DNA from: Octopus bimaculoides
Taxonomy: Eukaryota
Direction of reading: 5' to 3'
NCBI RefSeq assembly: GCF_001194135.2
Contig: NC_068987.1
Location: 100,909,791-100,965,957, forward strand
Length of the DNA: 56,167 bases
Shown piece by piece: positions 1 to 13,415 of this stretch. A program made the translations under genes and the position numbers. Below the pieces are notes generated by a model, which had not been told where the DNA came from, searched no databases, and was given only the letters and a program-made list of their open reading frames with translations. Numbering within the stretch: position 1 is the stretch's first letter; each line of letters starts with the position of its first letter.

Positions 1-2874
1 TATATATATATATAATTATAATTAAAGGCACAGAAGACACTGTGTCTATATAGTAGGAAAAGGTGCCAAATAGTCCAAGCGCTACAAGATTCACTTCAAT
101 ATACACTGGTTGAAAGCGGGAAAATTGGACAAACCAAAAAATTCATAAAATAATTCGGATAATCCTAGATTGATCAATTTCTGGATAATAACTCCTCCTC
201 CATTAGTAGGATATACGTATAATAACTCCTCCTCCATTAGTAAGATATACAAAGCGTAATAAATGAAAAAATATATACATACCCATATAAATACACACTC
301 AAAAATACAAGTACATATAAATATCCACAAATATAAACGAAGCGAATTTCGTAGTCCAACTCAACACGTGTGTGTTTGGTTTGAATATTGCTGAAGTAAA
401 CAGTGTGGAAGCGAATGAAATATGTCAAAAAACATTAGAGGATAAAATCATTAAAAATTGATGAATTTTATTAGATGCCAGAATATAACAAAAAATCATT
501 TTACGTAAAATCCGTATTTAGATATGGAATTATAAAAAAAAATTAATTAAGGTTACAGACGCCACTGCTAGAAAAAGATGCCAAATATATCCAACTACTA
601 CAAGATTAGATTCAATATACACAGGTTGAGACCAGGAAAAGTGGACACGTAGGTAGAGTGGATTCTGTGCCCTTAACTACAATTATGTTGGAGTCGCATG
701 GAGTCGCATGAAACAATCGTACTGCATTAACTTTGGATATCCTTGTTGCTTATTTTTAATTTAATCACCTTATTTTGAAACTGTATGGATAATACCATAC
801 TTAATTCTGGTGACTAAACTCAATTACCATTGAAATTGCTTCAGCCTTTCGAATGTTATCCTCGCTGTATGTGGCCGAGCATTTTCCAGATGGAAGCACG
901 TGACAGTGACACGAACGACGCCACACCAATTCGATGCATCGGTCAAGATGTAGACGGTGTAGCTCTTTGTGCAGCTGAGGATTGTTCTGCATTTTACATT
1001 TGAGGTAATGTTCATATTGCTTAAATAAAAGGAGCCGCATGAAACGATCGTACTGCATTAACTTTGGATATCCTTGTTGCTTATTTTGATATATATATAT
1101 AAATATATATATATANNNNNNNNNNNNNNNNNNNNNNNNNNNNNNNNNNNNNNNNNNNNNNNNNNNNNNNNNNNNNNNNNNNNNNNNNNNNNNNNNNNNN
1201 NNNNNNNNNNNNNNNNNNNNNNNNNNNNNNNNNNNNNNNNNNNNNNNNNNNNNNNNNNNNNNNNNNNNNNNNNNNAACAGTTTACTCGTAGTTTCCTGCT
1301 TGTCTCTTTCCGTCTGTGAGAATCGTGAACTAATGTGAACAGTTAAAAGTTAAACTTAAACTAGACTATCAACACGTTTGATATATGATAAATGTATCTA
1401 TCCGTTCTACTAAATGAGCTCTATGCCAGACAATGTTTGAACGATGTGTAATATAGTTTGTGTTATATATTTTTGAGATACGCGTAACATACATACATAA
1501 AATATATGTGTATGTATATATATATGTGGATCTTGTAATTTTTAATAGGCGAAATATGGTTCAAAGACTGAGAGTTTTCTCAATGGCATTTATCTGACAT
1601 CAAATATATAATCTCGATTTTTTTATATAGAGTGTATTGCAAATACTTCCGGAATATTCGATTAGAAAGTAACATTGGCGGATCACATGAAAATGCGCAC
1701 TTTCCAAATAGTCTGCCAGTTAAATAGAAAAAAAAAGTTTGAGACGAGATAAAATGCAGTCATCCACATATACATATGCATATTTTTACGTGCACATACC
1801 CATGAAATACAATACACACACACACGCATACACACACACATATGCATACACACACGTATGCGCACACGTGCACACGCACATACGCACACACACAGATAGA
1901 GCGTGTCATTTATGTTTACATACGGCATCGATTTGCGATTACGTATTATGTCAATAGAAACACAATTATATACATAATTTCCTACGAACACACACACGTG
2001 TGAACCTATAAATATATAATAAAGGAAGAAAATATATACGTAATTTTATTTCTATTGACATAATACATATGTGTAAATTGCTGCTTCTAGCAACTGAATG
2101 CTACGCTGCATATGTGTGTGTGTATGGACATATATATCCACATATATGTATGTGTGTGTGAATGCGTATGAGTGTGCGTGGATGTGTATGTGTGTGTGTT
2201 TGCTTGTGTGTGTGTGTGTGTGTTTGCGTGTCTATAGATATGGACTGCGTATGTATATACATATACACACGTACAGACAGATATGGATTGATAGATAGAT
2301 TGATAGGCAGAGACAGATAGACAGACAGAAAGTTAGAGAGAGAGAGCTAGAGAGAGAGAGATGAATCTGTATGTGTAGAAATAAGTATGTCTACGGATGT
2401 GTGTATTTATGTTTTCATTACATTATATCTTCACCAAAGATTTATATCCGTTTAATATGTAAGACTTTCCGAAAACATTCCCATTTTTTTTTTTAGGCTA
2501 GCCTCCAAGAATAATGTTCAATCGAGAATTCCACTAAGAATTCCATACAGGAAACAACTTACAGATTCGAACTTACTTTCATAATTGTCATGTAAGATAC
2601 TCACCAACTTGAGTCACTTATCTAATCTCTGTCGATTACAAATAATTAAAAAAATGATGAGTCATGTATTGAGATATCTGATGTTTTCCTAACAAACTAC
2701 AATGTACATACATACATACATACATACATACATACATACACACACGTATCTACATTTGTATAATCTCTCTCCTTTTCTCTTTTCCTAACTCTCTTTACAT
2801 TCCTCTCTTCCTTCGTCTCTCTCTCTCTCTCTCTCTCTCTGTTACCCACTCTCTCGACGTATATGTATATATAT

Positions 2875-2931
<57 letters not shown>

Positions 2932-4079
2932 NNNNNNNNNNNNNNNNNNNNNNNNNNNNNNNNNNNNNNNNNNNNNNNNNNNNNNNNNNNNNNNNNNNNN
3001 NNNNNNNNNNNNNNNNNNNNNNNNNNNNNNNNNNNNNNNNNNNNNNNNNNNNNNNNNNNNNNNNNNNNNNNNNNNNNNNNNNNNNNNNNNNNNNNNNNNN
3101 NNNNNNNNNNNNNNNNNNNNNNNNNNNNNNNNNNNNNNNNNNNNNNNNNNNNNNNNNNNNNNNNNNNNNNNNNNNNNNNNNNNNNNNNNNNNNNNNNNNN
3201 NNNNNNNNNNNNNNNNNNNNNNNNNNNNNNNNNNNNNNNNNNNNNNNNNNNNNNNNNNNNNNNNNNNNNNNNNNNNNNNNNNNNNNNNNNNNNNNNNNNN
3301 NNNNNNNNNNNNNNNNNNNNNNNNNNNNNNNNNNNNNNNNNNNNNNNNNNNNNNNNNNNNNNNNNNNNNNNNNNNNNNNNNNNNNNNNNNNNNNNNNNNN
3401 NNNNNNNNNNNNNNNNNNNNNNNNNNNNNNNNNNNNNAACCGGGAAACTGGTACATGAAACAACTCGAGAAAAACAAAATAGAATGTTGATGCAAAATGT
3501 AGAATGAGAAGGTACAGGGTGAATAAAAATGGAAAAAAAGGAGGGATAAAATAGAGAGTTACGGCCTCTTTGACCTTAGAAAAATAATTAATCTAGCTAG
3601 TGTAGACTTATTCAACAGTGACACGTCCACTAGCCTACGAGACAGTAGATCAATCTGCGTTTACTGAAAATTTCAGACCTGGGATTAAACAGTATGGTAG
3701 AATTCTTGGATCTAAAAAACAGCGTGCAATCTTTCAGCTACGCTAAAGTTACATTAGCTCGGTACATTTACATATAGCATAGAGTTGTATGCGATTCTGC
3801 ATTTCATTGTACGTGACGTGCAGTTGGTTTTCGAACCCCATAGGTGACTTGCCAACTTTATTTTTATGGATGTTTTGGAAAGAAGATAATTGTTCGCACA
3901 ACGCCTCTCAAAGCGCCTTCGCATCAACCAACGTAATTTTTGTTTTCAATTAAGCACTTCTGAAGCACTTCTTTGACGCCATCCTCATAGACGACTGGGT
4001 CTATCAAGCGGCCTGATCTCGCTGGCAAGCTTTAGAGTCTCGTGGTTACAACTGGGAGCGGAATCCAAGTAAGGCTTAT

Positions 4080-4385
4080 GAATGGCAACATATTTTATAT
4101 TGGGGAAGGACCTGTATTATTTTTATTGTATTTGTGTAACATTGTTCGTTTATTTTCCTTCCTTGTTTTTGTATACATTCGCTGCTTTCTTCCAAGGGAT
4201 CTAATGCTCTTAGCTTAGTTTTTCCTTGGGGTTGGCCAGATTGGAGCAATATCGAGAATAACCAGCCGAAATTGCAAGGATAATCTGGATCTCGACTGAG
4301 GAAAGAAAACTCCGAATGACCTGTCCTTGTTTTCTTTGTATCGGCTATCTGGATGTTTTGCGTTCCTGCCCCTTCTGTATTGTAT
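4080..4385 (+). mobile_element. Probable Penelope-like terminal repeat (second family)
   Basis: ctcgactgaggaaagaaaactccgaatgacc motif, followed by a T-rich tail ending in (TA)n. Assignment is by resemblance only. Confidence 0.4.
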
Positions 4386-4418
4386 ATATATATACATACA
4401 TATATATATATATATATA

Positions 4419-4461
<43 letters not shown>

Positions 4462-5223
4462 NNNNNNNNNNNNNNNNNNNNNNNNNNNNNNNNNNNNNNN
4501 NNNNNNNNNNNNNNNNNNNNNNNNNNNNNNNNNNNNNNNNNNNNNNNNNNNNNNNNNNNNNNNNNNNNNNNNNNNNNNNNNNNNNNNNNNNNNNNNNNNN
4601 NNNNNNNNNNNNNNNNNNNNNNNNNNNNNNNNNNNNNNNNNNNNNNNNNNNNNNNNNNNNNNNNNNNNNNNNNNNNNNNNNNNNNNNNNNNNNNNNNNNN
4701 NNNNNNNNNNNNNNNNNNNNNNNNNNNNNNNNNNNNNNNNNNNNNNNNNNNNNNNNNNNNNNNNNNNNNNNNNNNNNNNNNNNNNNNNNNNNNNNNNNNN
4801 NNNNNNNNNNNNNNNNNNNNNNNNNNNNNNNNNNNNNNNNNNNNNNNNNNNNNNNNNNNNNNNNNNNNNNNNNNNNNNNNNNNNNNNNNNNNNNNNNNNN
4901 NNNNNNNNNNNNNNNNNNNNNNNNNNNNNNNNNNNNNNNNNNNNNNNNNNNNNNNNNNNNNNNNNNNNNNNNNNNNNNNNNNNNNNNNNNNNNNNNNNNN
5001 NNNNNNNNNNNNNNNNNNNNNNNNNNNNNNNNNNNNNNNNNNNNNNNNNNNNNNNNNNNNNNNNNNNNNNNNNNNNNNNNNNNNNNNNNNNNNNNNNNNN
5101 NNNNNNNNNNNNNNNNNNNNNNNNNNNNNNNNNNNNNNNNNNNNNNNNCATGGGTCCAATATATATATATATACACGCATACATACATACATACATACAT
5201 ACATACATAAATACACACGTACA

Positions 5224-5256
<33 letters not shown>

Positions 5257-5455
5257 TGGACCCATGGACATAAAAATGTGTGTGTGAGTGTATATTGAAA
5301 ACAAAGCTTGTTATTGTCGGCATATATATGGCCATATGTATTTACATTGATGCAGTGAATCATAAATATATGAATGAATGATATTGTGTGAATCTATGTG
5401 TACCGAAACTCGTACACAAGTCAGATACGTATATATTAGCATGTATACATGCATA

Positions 5456-5537
<82 letters not shown>

Positions 5538-5754
5538 ACACACACACACACATAGACACATAAATTTATATATGCATGCATTGACAGATATATATATATA
5601 TATATATTTATGCAGTGGGGCACGATTATACGTATGTATTTAATTAACAGCGTGCTGTTCAATAAGCGTAAGAATGTAGGTGGTTTAATATAGCAGTTAT
5701 TGAATTCTAAGTTGATTCGCGTCGCTAAACTGAATTTCTCTTTCCCTTCCTTAG

Positions 5755-5803
5755 GTGTCCAGTGACTGAATATCGGGAACTAAAAACATGCTGTAGCTGC
5801 TAA
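5755..5803 (+). CDS. Candidate terminal coding exon ending CCSC*
   Basis: Strong polypyrimidine acceptor (tttctctttcccttccttag|G), frame CPVTEYRELKTCCSC*, and AATAAA at ~5956. No upstream exon established. Confidence 0.25.
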
Positions 5804-7546
5804 CACAAACTTAAATTTGAATATATATATATATATATATATATACCATTTGTGTGTGCACCTTCATTTGTCTGTGCGAGCTTGTGTCCGTCATTATATT
5901 TGAGTCAGTGTGCTGCGTTGTCTCTATTATAGGAATGTACAATGGAATAATCTAAAATAAATAAATTACAGAAATATCAATGATAATAAGTAGATACTTC
6001 GAAATTCTTGCATTGTTTCAATTCTATAGCCTATGCAGTCGACAAAGGAAGACCACTATTTTATGCTGATTTTACAACGTTCATGTTATATCTTGTAATC
6101 ATCATCTCCACCAAAAATAATATACAGTAGTTTTAGATATAGTAACGAAAGAATGGTATTTTCACAACTTTAAAACATTTGACCATAACATTGTTTGGGT
6201 AGGGTGGAACTGAAGCTAAGCCAACAGCAAAAATTAGGAAAGACAAAGAATACGCTCCGTGTCGGTCATGTCACCTGGTAGAAATAACAATCAGTTACCT
6301 CTCATACAATATATTTCAATTACATCCAAAGCATTAATTGGATACATCAGCTCAGTTATTAACTCTTTGAATTCCTTCGTAAACATCTGAGCATTAAGAG
6401 GACATATACACCCCTAATATAATTTAATATCCAGCAGAATCAGTGTGACACACTGTGTAACAAGCTTAACGATTTGAATTAAAACTATAATCTACACGAT
6501 GCGCTTCTGTTCTATTTCAAATTTCATTCACAAAGCTTTGGCTGAGAGCAAGCAGTTGTAAAACGAATCTTGCCCAAGATACTGTATATTATTATCGAAA
6601 CTTATCATTTCGAAGAAAGCATTTAACTATTCAGCCATATTGCGCACACAAATAAGAAGAGATTATTTTGAATAAAATCTAATGCTTGATATATCCCTAA
6701 AATTATTACTACGCACGCTTTAAATACCTATGGTCTTTGGACTGCAACATTATGCTTTGTCTGGTGCTAAACATCAAAAACAAAAATAACAGCAATCACA
6801 CGAAATGTAAATCATCAATCAGCAACTGAGATTGATTTGATCGCCTTCTGAAATGTATGGCCTTGTGCTTATGTGAGAAATCAATATTATTTCATGCATG
6901 GTTAACGTCTTATCAAATTGTATTATTTCATCTTTTTTTTTATCTATTGTTTGTCATCAAACAAGCAATAGATATAAAAAGCATATAATTTGTTTTCAAA
7001 TCAAATGTCTTGTGTCTTTTAGCTGTTGATCTTATTTTATGATTGCGCTACTGTAGTTATCTTTGGGTTTTTTTTATTATAGCTGTTTTTAAGATGGAGA
7101 TTTGCCGAGTAGATCTCCAGTACACCATCCGATAAATGTTTTGTGGTATTTAGCAATCTCTCTTCGTGTTCTAAGTTCAAAATCCTTCAATAATAAAACA
7201 TTCTCTTTCGTCTTTAGAGCTTCAATAAAAAAAGAAATTACAAGATGCGAATTGAGGTAGATTTAATCGGCTATATTCCTTTCAGTGTATCTAAAGTAAA
7301 AACTCTTCTTTACAGTTTACTTTAAAATTGAAACTTCCAATCTGACATTAACTTTAGCCAGAAAAGTTTCGTTCGCCTGCGATAGATGAACTCCAAGAGG
7401 TATAACAATTTTGTATCATTAAGTTATTGTGCTTATAATAGACCTAGTTAAATACATTTGACGAGAAATATGCCAAATAGTTAACCGAAATATAACGATA
7501 GATTTATAGACGTACTTCATATACATATTTGATTTATTAATATTTT

Positions 7547-8969
7547 TATTTTATGCTTGACTTTCGCTCTGTATTTGTACAAGTTGGCTCCAAGCCTCAC
7601 CCAGAGACCTCAAGAGACAACAAGTTAGAAGTTCATGTTGGTATTATGGCTAGGGTGTCATATATTAGGTTTTGTACATAGTGTTGTTCTAAGAAAATTG
7701 TGTTTTAAAATTTGAGATTACATAGACAGTATTTTACGTAGGATATGGGCAGTTCCCATGAGCACTATCTTTTGAATTTCTGCCATTTGGAGGTTTCCTG
7801 GTATCTGAGCTAGTAGCAATCAGTCCCATTTGCTATCATTCCTAGGACACTTACGACAATAGGTATTGTTTTAGTCTTCAGGTTTCACATTTTGCAAATT
7901 TCCATTTCAAGATCTTTATACTTGCTCTGCGTTTGGTAGGTCCTCACGGATACGTTTAGATCGATTGGGACAGTTATATCAACGAGGAGGCATTTTTTTT
8001 GTCTGAAGTCTTTCAATATAAAGTATGGCATATTTGCATCTATCTTTCTGTCAGTGTGAATGGTAAAGTTCCAGAGGAGGGAGATGTGATCACTTTCAAG
8101 CACTGTAGGTGGTTTGTGTTGCCTGCAGTATTTATCATGGAGAAAGTCCAGGTTTTTGCACATTACCCAGTGTATATATTGTGTAGCTCTATCATGCCTG
8201 TTGACATACTCTGTGGGCACAAAAAGACTGCACATGAAGACAACATGGTCAATGGTTTCATTTTGTTGTTGACATACACGACATGTTGGGAAGGTGCCGT
8301 TCTTTAATATGTTGGCTTGGTAGTTCCTTGTAGGTAGGCATTGATCTTGGGCTGCTATGATAAACCCTTCTGTTTCTGATTTTAATCCAGAAGCCATTAG
8401 CCATTGATGGACAAGAGCTTTATCAACATCGGCATTACTCGTTCTCTTTGGGTATTAGGCATTGAAAGGTTTTTCTTGCCATTTATCAATCAGAATATCT
8501 AAGGAAGCAGTTTTAGTACGAGTTTTCATGCGCTTAGCTTTTTCTGCGCTTGTTTCCAGTAAGTCTAATTCGGGAATTTGTTGCATTGGGAATACACTTA
8601 GATATTTTTTTGTCTACTTTGTTACTAAGTATGATGCTTTTTGTTTTCATGTTCTGAGACAAGCTTCAACATCCAGTCCTCAGAGGTTTTCAGGTCTAGG
8701 CCAATTGTGACAATCTTCGGCCTCCCTCTTTTCTTGGCAGATAAAGTCGTTCTTTAATTTTCGGGTTTGTGTAGGATAGAGAGTCTTGTCAAACTTAAGG
8801 TCTTTTAAACATTCTATGTCAGACATAAGTAGCTTAATTTGGTGTTGAATTTGCTCTTGCCAAGAAGGCTTTTTGTGGGAATGTTGTCGTTTTCTAATAT
8901 TTTCACCACATTGAATGGTTGAGATGTTCGCGGTTGTATAGTACAGTAGGTTGTGATCTGTAATATCGA

Positions 8970-8970
<1 letters not shown>
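7547..8970 (-). mobile_element. 5'-truncated, decayed R4/Dong-clade non-LTR retrotransposon (C-terminal part of ORF: CCHC zinc knuckle, restriction-like endonuclease, 3' UTR)
   Basis: ORF 7885-8397(-) has SETEGFIIAAQDQ, CRVC..ETIDHVVFMC, LLWNFTIHTDRKIDAN and CLLVDITVP..SKYKDLEMEICKM, motifs typical of R2/R4-group RLE elements. The 5' end abuts an (ATT)n tract, which is (AAT)n on the element strand. Confidence 0.9.
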
Positions 8971-9052
<82 letters not shown>

Positions 9053-9054
<2 letters not shown>

Positions 9055-9141
9055 TTATGTTTGACTTTTGTTTTGCATTTGTACAAGTTGGATCCAAGTC
9101 TCACCCAGAGACCTCAAGAGACAACAAGTTAGAAGTTCATA
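9053..9141 (-). mobile_element. ~90-bp 3'-UTR-only copy of the same R4/Dong subfamily
   Basis: Near-identical to 7549-7636 (tgtacaagttgg..cacccagagacctcaagagacaacaagttagaagttcat). Flanked on both sides by (ATT)n. Confidence 0.85.
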
Positions 9142-9192
9142 TTATTATTATTATTATCATTACTATTATCATCATCAACATCATCATCATCA

Positions 9193-9269
<77 letters not shown>

Positions 9270-9274
9270 TTGAA

Positions 9275-9790
9275 GGATAAGGCGGTGAGCTGGAAAAATT
9301 ATTAGCATGCCAGACAAATTGCTTAGTGGCAACTCGTCAGCCTTTAGTTTGTCAAATTCCGCCGAGTTCCACTTTATTTTTCCCCCCTTCGCAGTCGATA
9401 AAATAATTACCAGTTGAGCACTGGGGTCGATATAATCAATTTCTCCATCCTGCAAACACGTTGTCCTTGTACCAAAATTTGTAGCTATTATTAATTTGAA
9501 TGATAAGGTAGCGAGCTGGCAGAATCCTTAGCACACCGAACAAAATGTTTAGCGACATTTCGTCCAACTTTACGTTCTGATTCAAATTCCACCGATATCG
9601 AATTTTCTGGGGGTCGATGTTATCAGCTTATCTCATGCGCACAATTTTCAGGCTTTCTACCTACATTGAATCTTTCATCCGCTCAGGGTCGAGAGAATAA
9701 GCACCAGTTGACTAATGGGGTCGATGTAGTCTATTAGCAATTTCCCTCAAAGTTTCAGGCCTTGTACCTTAATGGGAAAGTATTTTTAAG
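9275..9790 (+). mobile_element. Three tandem SINE copies or fragments (aaggcggtgagctgg.. family)
   Basis: Repeated heads at ~9279 and ~9506 and repeated ggggtcgat..ccagttga cores at ~9420, ~9610 and ~9717. Directly follows an (ATT)n tract. Confidence 0.75.
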
Positions 9791-9933
9791 GATATAGTTT
9801 GCGTTTTAAGTGTAAATTGATGATCTGTCGATTTTCACGTTGACAAATCTTGTCTCCTTTCTTTGTTCTTTTCTGTAAATGGAAAGGCCTACTCAATGAA
9901 CTATCATTTAAGAATTAAGAATATTCAACATAC

Positions 9934-10083
9934 TCTATTAACATTAAGTGAATGTCGTGTTCCTTCAATACACTGGTGGGATTCCACATTGTTTCCGTCA
10001 ATACAATTTCACCAACAAATCTTGTTTCTACTTTGGAAGACACTTGATCCAAAGCAGCGCAATGAGATACATATGATAGATAG
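9934..10083 (-). CDS. Candidate internal coding exon (150 nt, phase 2 to 2), unidentified protein
   Basis: Acceptor acgcag|C and donor AGA|gtatgt enclose open frame YLSYVSHCAALDQVSSKVETRFVGEIVLTETMWNPTSVLKEHDIHLMLI. A 92-aa plus-strand ORF overlaps it. Confidence 0.25.
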
Positions 10084-11354
10084 CTGCGTTGCATTGTGTG
10101 AACAATTACATAGAGACGTACTCGTTGGTCTATTGGCTTAATATTTCTTTGTTATATGATAGGGAAAATGAAAGTGTGCAATAAAAAGAGAAGCGAGAGA
10201 AACAAATAGAAAACACGCATTTTAAAACCCATACATGCATCAGCTACACACACATAGAAATAGAAATACGAGCATAAATACTTATATATATGAAACAAGA
10301 TACTTGTTTCCTTTATTTCTTCTTGCTGTATTACGACATACTACCTAAAGTGTCAATCGCTTACATAGTTAACTGTTCCTCAGTCTCTTGTATCCTGTAA
10401 GTTCGATCATATACGATCAAGATCATATGAAGAGACAAGGCTGAACAAAGGAGCAAGAGATACCTGGCTGTGTATTGGAGATTTTTTGCTTAAAAGATGT
10501 GGGGGAAATAAAAATTTTAAATATTGCTTCGTTGCTAGACAAATTTTTTAACCACAGTTATGAACAGACTTACCTGGAGAAAGGCTGAGAGTAACTTGGT
10601 ATAAAGGGTAATAAATAGATGGGCAGTTTTTGCATTATGTTATAGTTAGCAGAAGTTAGTAGAAACTGAATTACGACATGAAAGCCGTCATATATTAGAG
10701 CATATTTATGTCGTAAACATAACCAAAGACATATTTCGGGGGGAAAAATGTAATCCTTGAAATTTCCACTCATAATCTTCCTTCCTGTTCTTTTTTTTTT
10801 TTACCTCACAATCACTAATTCCCCTCTTCCTCCGTCATTTTATCGATATCTGCTGCTCTTATGTATAGGTTAACTGCTGTAAAATTTGCAATCTTCTATT
10901 CTTCTCATGAAGAAACTGGCTTGAACTCTTCCAACCTGATCACATTAATACTTCTTGCTTACTATTTTGTCATAACAATTTCTAATTGTTCAATGTGTAT
11001 TATTGCATCAATCTGCCCACCTATTTGCTAATTAGCAATTCTGACATCAACAAATCGCTGATTTTTGGAACAGCTGAAAAGATTTTGATAACATTTATTC
11101 TTCTAAAATTATATGTATGGTTACGTTTCCGAAACATCATTTAAAAGTAATATAAATATTATTATGTCATATACATGTATTTGTCCGTCTTTTATCTCTT
11201 TATCATCAGCTCGTGTACTACATTTCTTATAATCTAGTCTCGTTCCCCCGAAATATTTCTACTCTGATTGAGAGGATGGATCTTAAGAATCAGGACAAGA
11301 CTAATAAGGCTTTAATCTATACTAAGTTTCTGATAACGCCATCTCACCCATTGC

Positions 11355-11501
11355 CTCTGTGTGTATGTATGTATGTATGCATGTACGTATGTATGTATGT
11401 ATTTATGTATGTATGTATGTATGTATTTATGTATGTATGTATTTATGTATGTATGTATGTATGTATGTATGTAGGCATGCATGCATGCATGTATAGAAGG
11501 A

Positions 11502-11549
<48 letters not shown>

Positions 11550-11596
11550 CAGATAGATGGATAGATAGATAGATAGATAGATAGATAAATAGATAG
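11355..11596. repeat. Compound tetranucleotide microsatellite (TATG)n-(GAAA)n-(GATA)n
   Basis: Read directly from the sequence. Confidence 0.95.
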
Positions 11597-11599
11597 AAA

Positions 11600-11770
11600 G
11601 GCGTGAATATAGTCTAAGGATTAAGGATTTCACTTTTCGATCATAGTGTTTCAGATTCGTTCCGTCTCCCTGGTAGTTTGGCCAAACGTCACTCTTACTA
11701 GCCGGTCGACCGCTGTACTTTGTGAGTCAAATTATGTGCACGGAAACTATATAAAAGCCAGTAAAATAAA
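11600..11770 (+). mobile_element. Diverged SINE 5' part
   Basis: aggcgtgaatatagtctaagg..tcagattcgttcc..tttggccaaacgtc..gtgagtcaaatt..cggaaact, similar to the 22140 and 26986 copies. Confidence 0.5.
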
Positions 11771-12013
11771 CTGTATCCATAATTTTAAAAGGGTACAAAA
11801 GACACTCTGAATTCTAATCTGAGAATAACACGAAGGGTGCTTTAGCCACAAAACTTTATTTAGCAAGACTTCAGTTGGCCAAACGCTTAAACACTTATCA
11901 TCAATGACGGTGGTCCAACTCTCGCGCGCGAACGTGTACGTCTGTGTGTATGCGTGTATATACGTACATATGTATGTATTTATCCATCTATCTGTCTATA
12001 TGTGTATTTGTAC

Positions 12014-12063
<50 letters not shown>

Positions 12064-12859
12064 NNNNNNNNNNNNNNNNNNNNNNNNNNNNNNNNNNNNN
12101 NNNNNNNNNNNNNNNNNNNNNNNNNNNNNNNNNNNNNNNNNNNNNNNNNNNNNNNNNNNNNNNNNNNNNNNNNNNNNNNNNNNNNNNNNNNNNNNNNNNN
12201 NNNNNNNNNNNNNNNNNNNNNNNNNNNNNNNNNNNNNNNNNNNNNNNNNNNNNNNNNNNNNNNNNNNNNNNNNNNNNNNNNNNNNNNNNNNNNNNNNNNN
12301 NNNNNNNNNNNNNNNNNNNNNNNNNNNNNNNNNNNNNNNNNNNNNNNNNNNNNNNNNNNNNNNNNNNNNNNNNNNNNNNNNNNNNNNNNNNNNNNNNNNN
12401 NNNNNNNNNNNNNNNNNNNNNNNNNNNNNNNNNNNNNNNNNNNNNNNNNNNNNNNNNNNNNNNNNNNNNNNNNNNNNNNNNNNNNNNNNNNNNNNNNNNN
12501 NNNNNNNNNNNNNNNNNNNNNNNNNNNNNNNNNNNNNNNNNNNNNNNNNNNNNNNNNNNNNNNNNNNNNNNNNNNNNNNNNNNNNNNNNNNNNNNNNNAT
12601 ATATATATATATATACATATATAGGTATAGATAGACAGATTGATCGGTATGTAGGTAGATGTTTGCGTGTGGATAAGCTTTCAAATACGTCGATTGGATA
12701 CTGACTTGGTACTTTTCGTTTCACTGTGTTCAAATATTCATGATTAAGTGCTTTTTATGGGCAGTATATCGAATAAAATTCAGTCTCTTCCATTACTCTT
12801 ACGTCTTTGGCTTTTAACACTGAAATAGTACATACTGGTACCAACATACACCGCAAAAT

Positions 12860-13337
12860 GTAATGGACGAACATGGAAAGGCAAATATTCTCTGGGACTT
12901 TGATTTTCGGACAGACAAAGTGTTAAAGCACCGAAGGCCGAAGGGACAAACAAGTACGCCTAATAATCGACGTAGCAGTGCCAGGAGTTCAACATATCAT
13001 CATGAATGAAAGCAAAAAAGTTGATAAATGTGGAGACCTGAAAATTGAGATCGCTAAGATGTGGCAGCTACGAGAGTCAACCATAAAGGTTATCCCTATT
13101 GTCATCGGAGTATTGGGTTCAATACCACCCAATCTGAAAAAAAACATTTGCAAACCTTAGAGATATCCATAAATCTAGATGTACTGCAAAAGTCGGCATT
13201 ACTTGGAACTGTACGCATATTGCGTAACGCACTGTTTGTCTGAGGTCCTTGTTGGGACTTGACAGACAGTACAAACACCAAGTAGAAACAATGTCTTCAA
13301 TCAACAACTTCACGGATATTGTATACTGTGAGACGTC
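12860..13337 (+). mobile_element. R4/Dong-clade 3' fragment (RLE domain and 3' UTR)
   Basis: Frameshifted translation ILWDFDFRTDKVLKHRRP..IIDVAVP..KKVDKCGDLKIEIAKMWQL..VIPIVIGVLGSIP..QKSALLGTVRILR, followed by (AAT)n. Confidence 0.85.
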
Positions 13338-13352
13338 TATAATAATAATAAC

Positions 13353-13415
<63 letters not shown>

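Noticed and set aside
5770-5803. EYRELKTCCSC resembling the TnpB/Fanzor 'E.YTSK.C..C' motif
   Set aside because: The upstream frame closes within about 10 codons, no RuvC motifs are present, and there are no transposon ends.
7090-7290. Apparent exon DGDLPSRSPVHHPINVL
   Set aside because: The sequence is a degenerate copy of the aaggcggtgagctgg SINE family.
9863-10141. 92-aa plus-strand ORF
   Set aside because: No recognisable motif, and it overlaps a minus-strand candidate with better splice signals. Not supportable as a gene.
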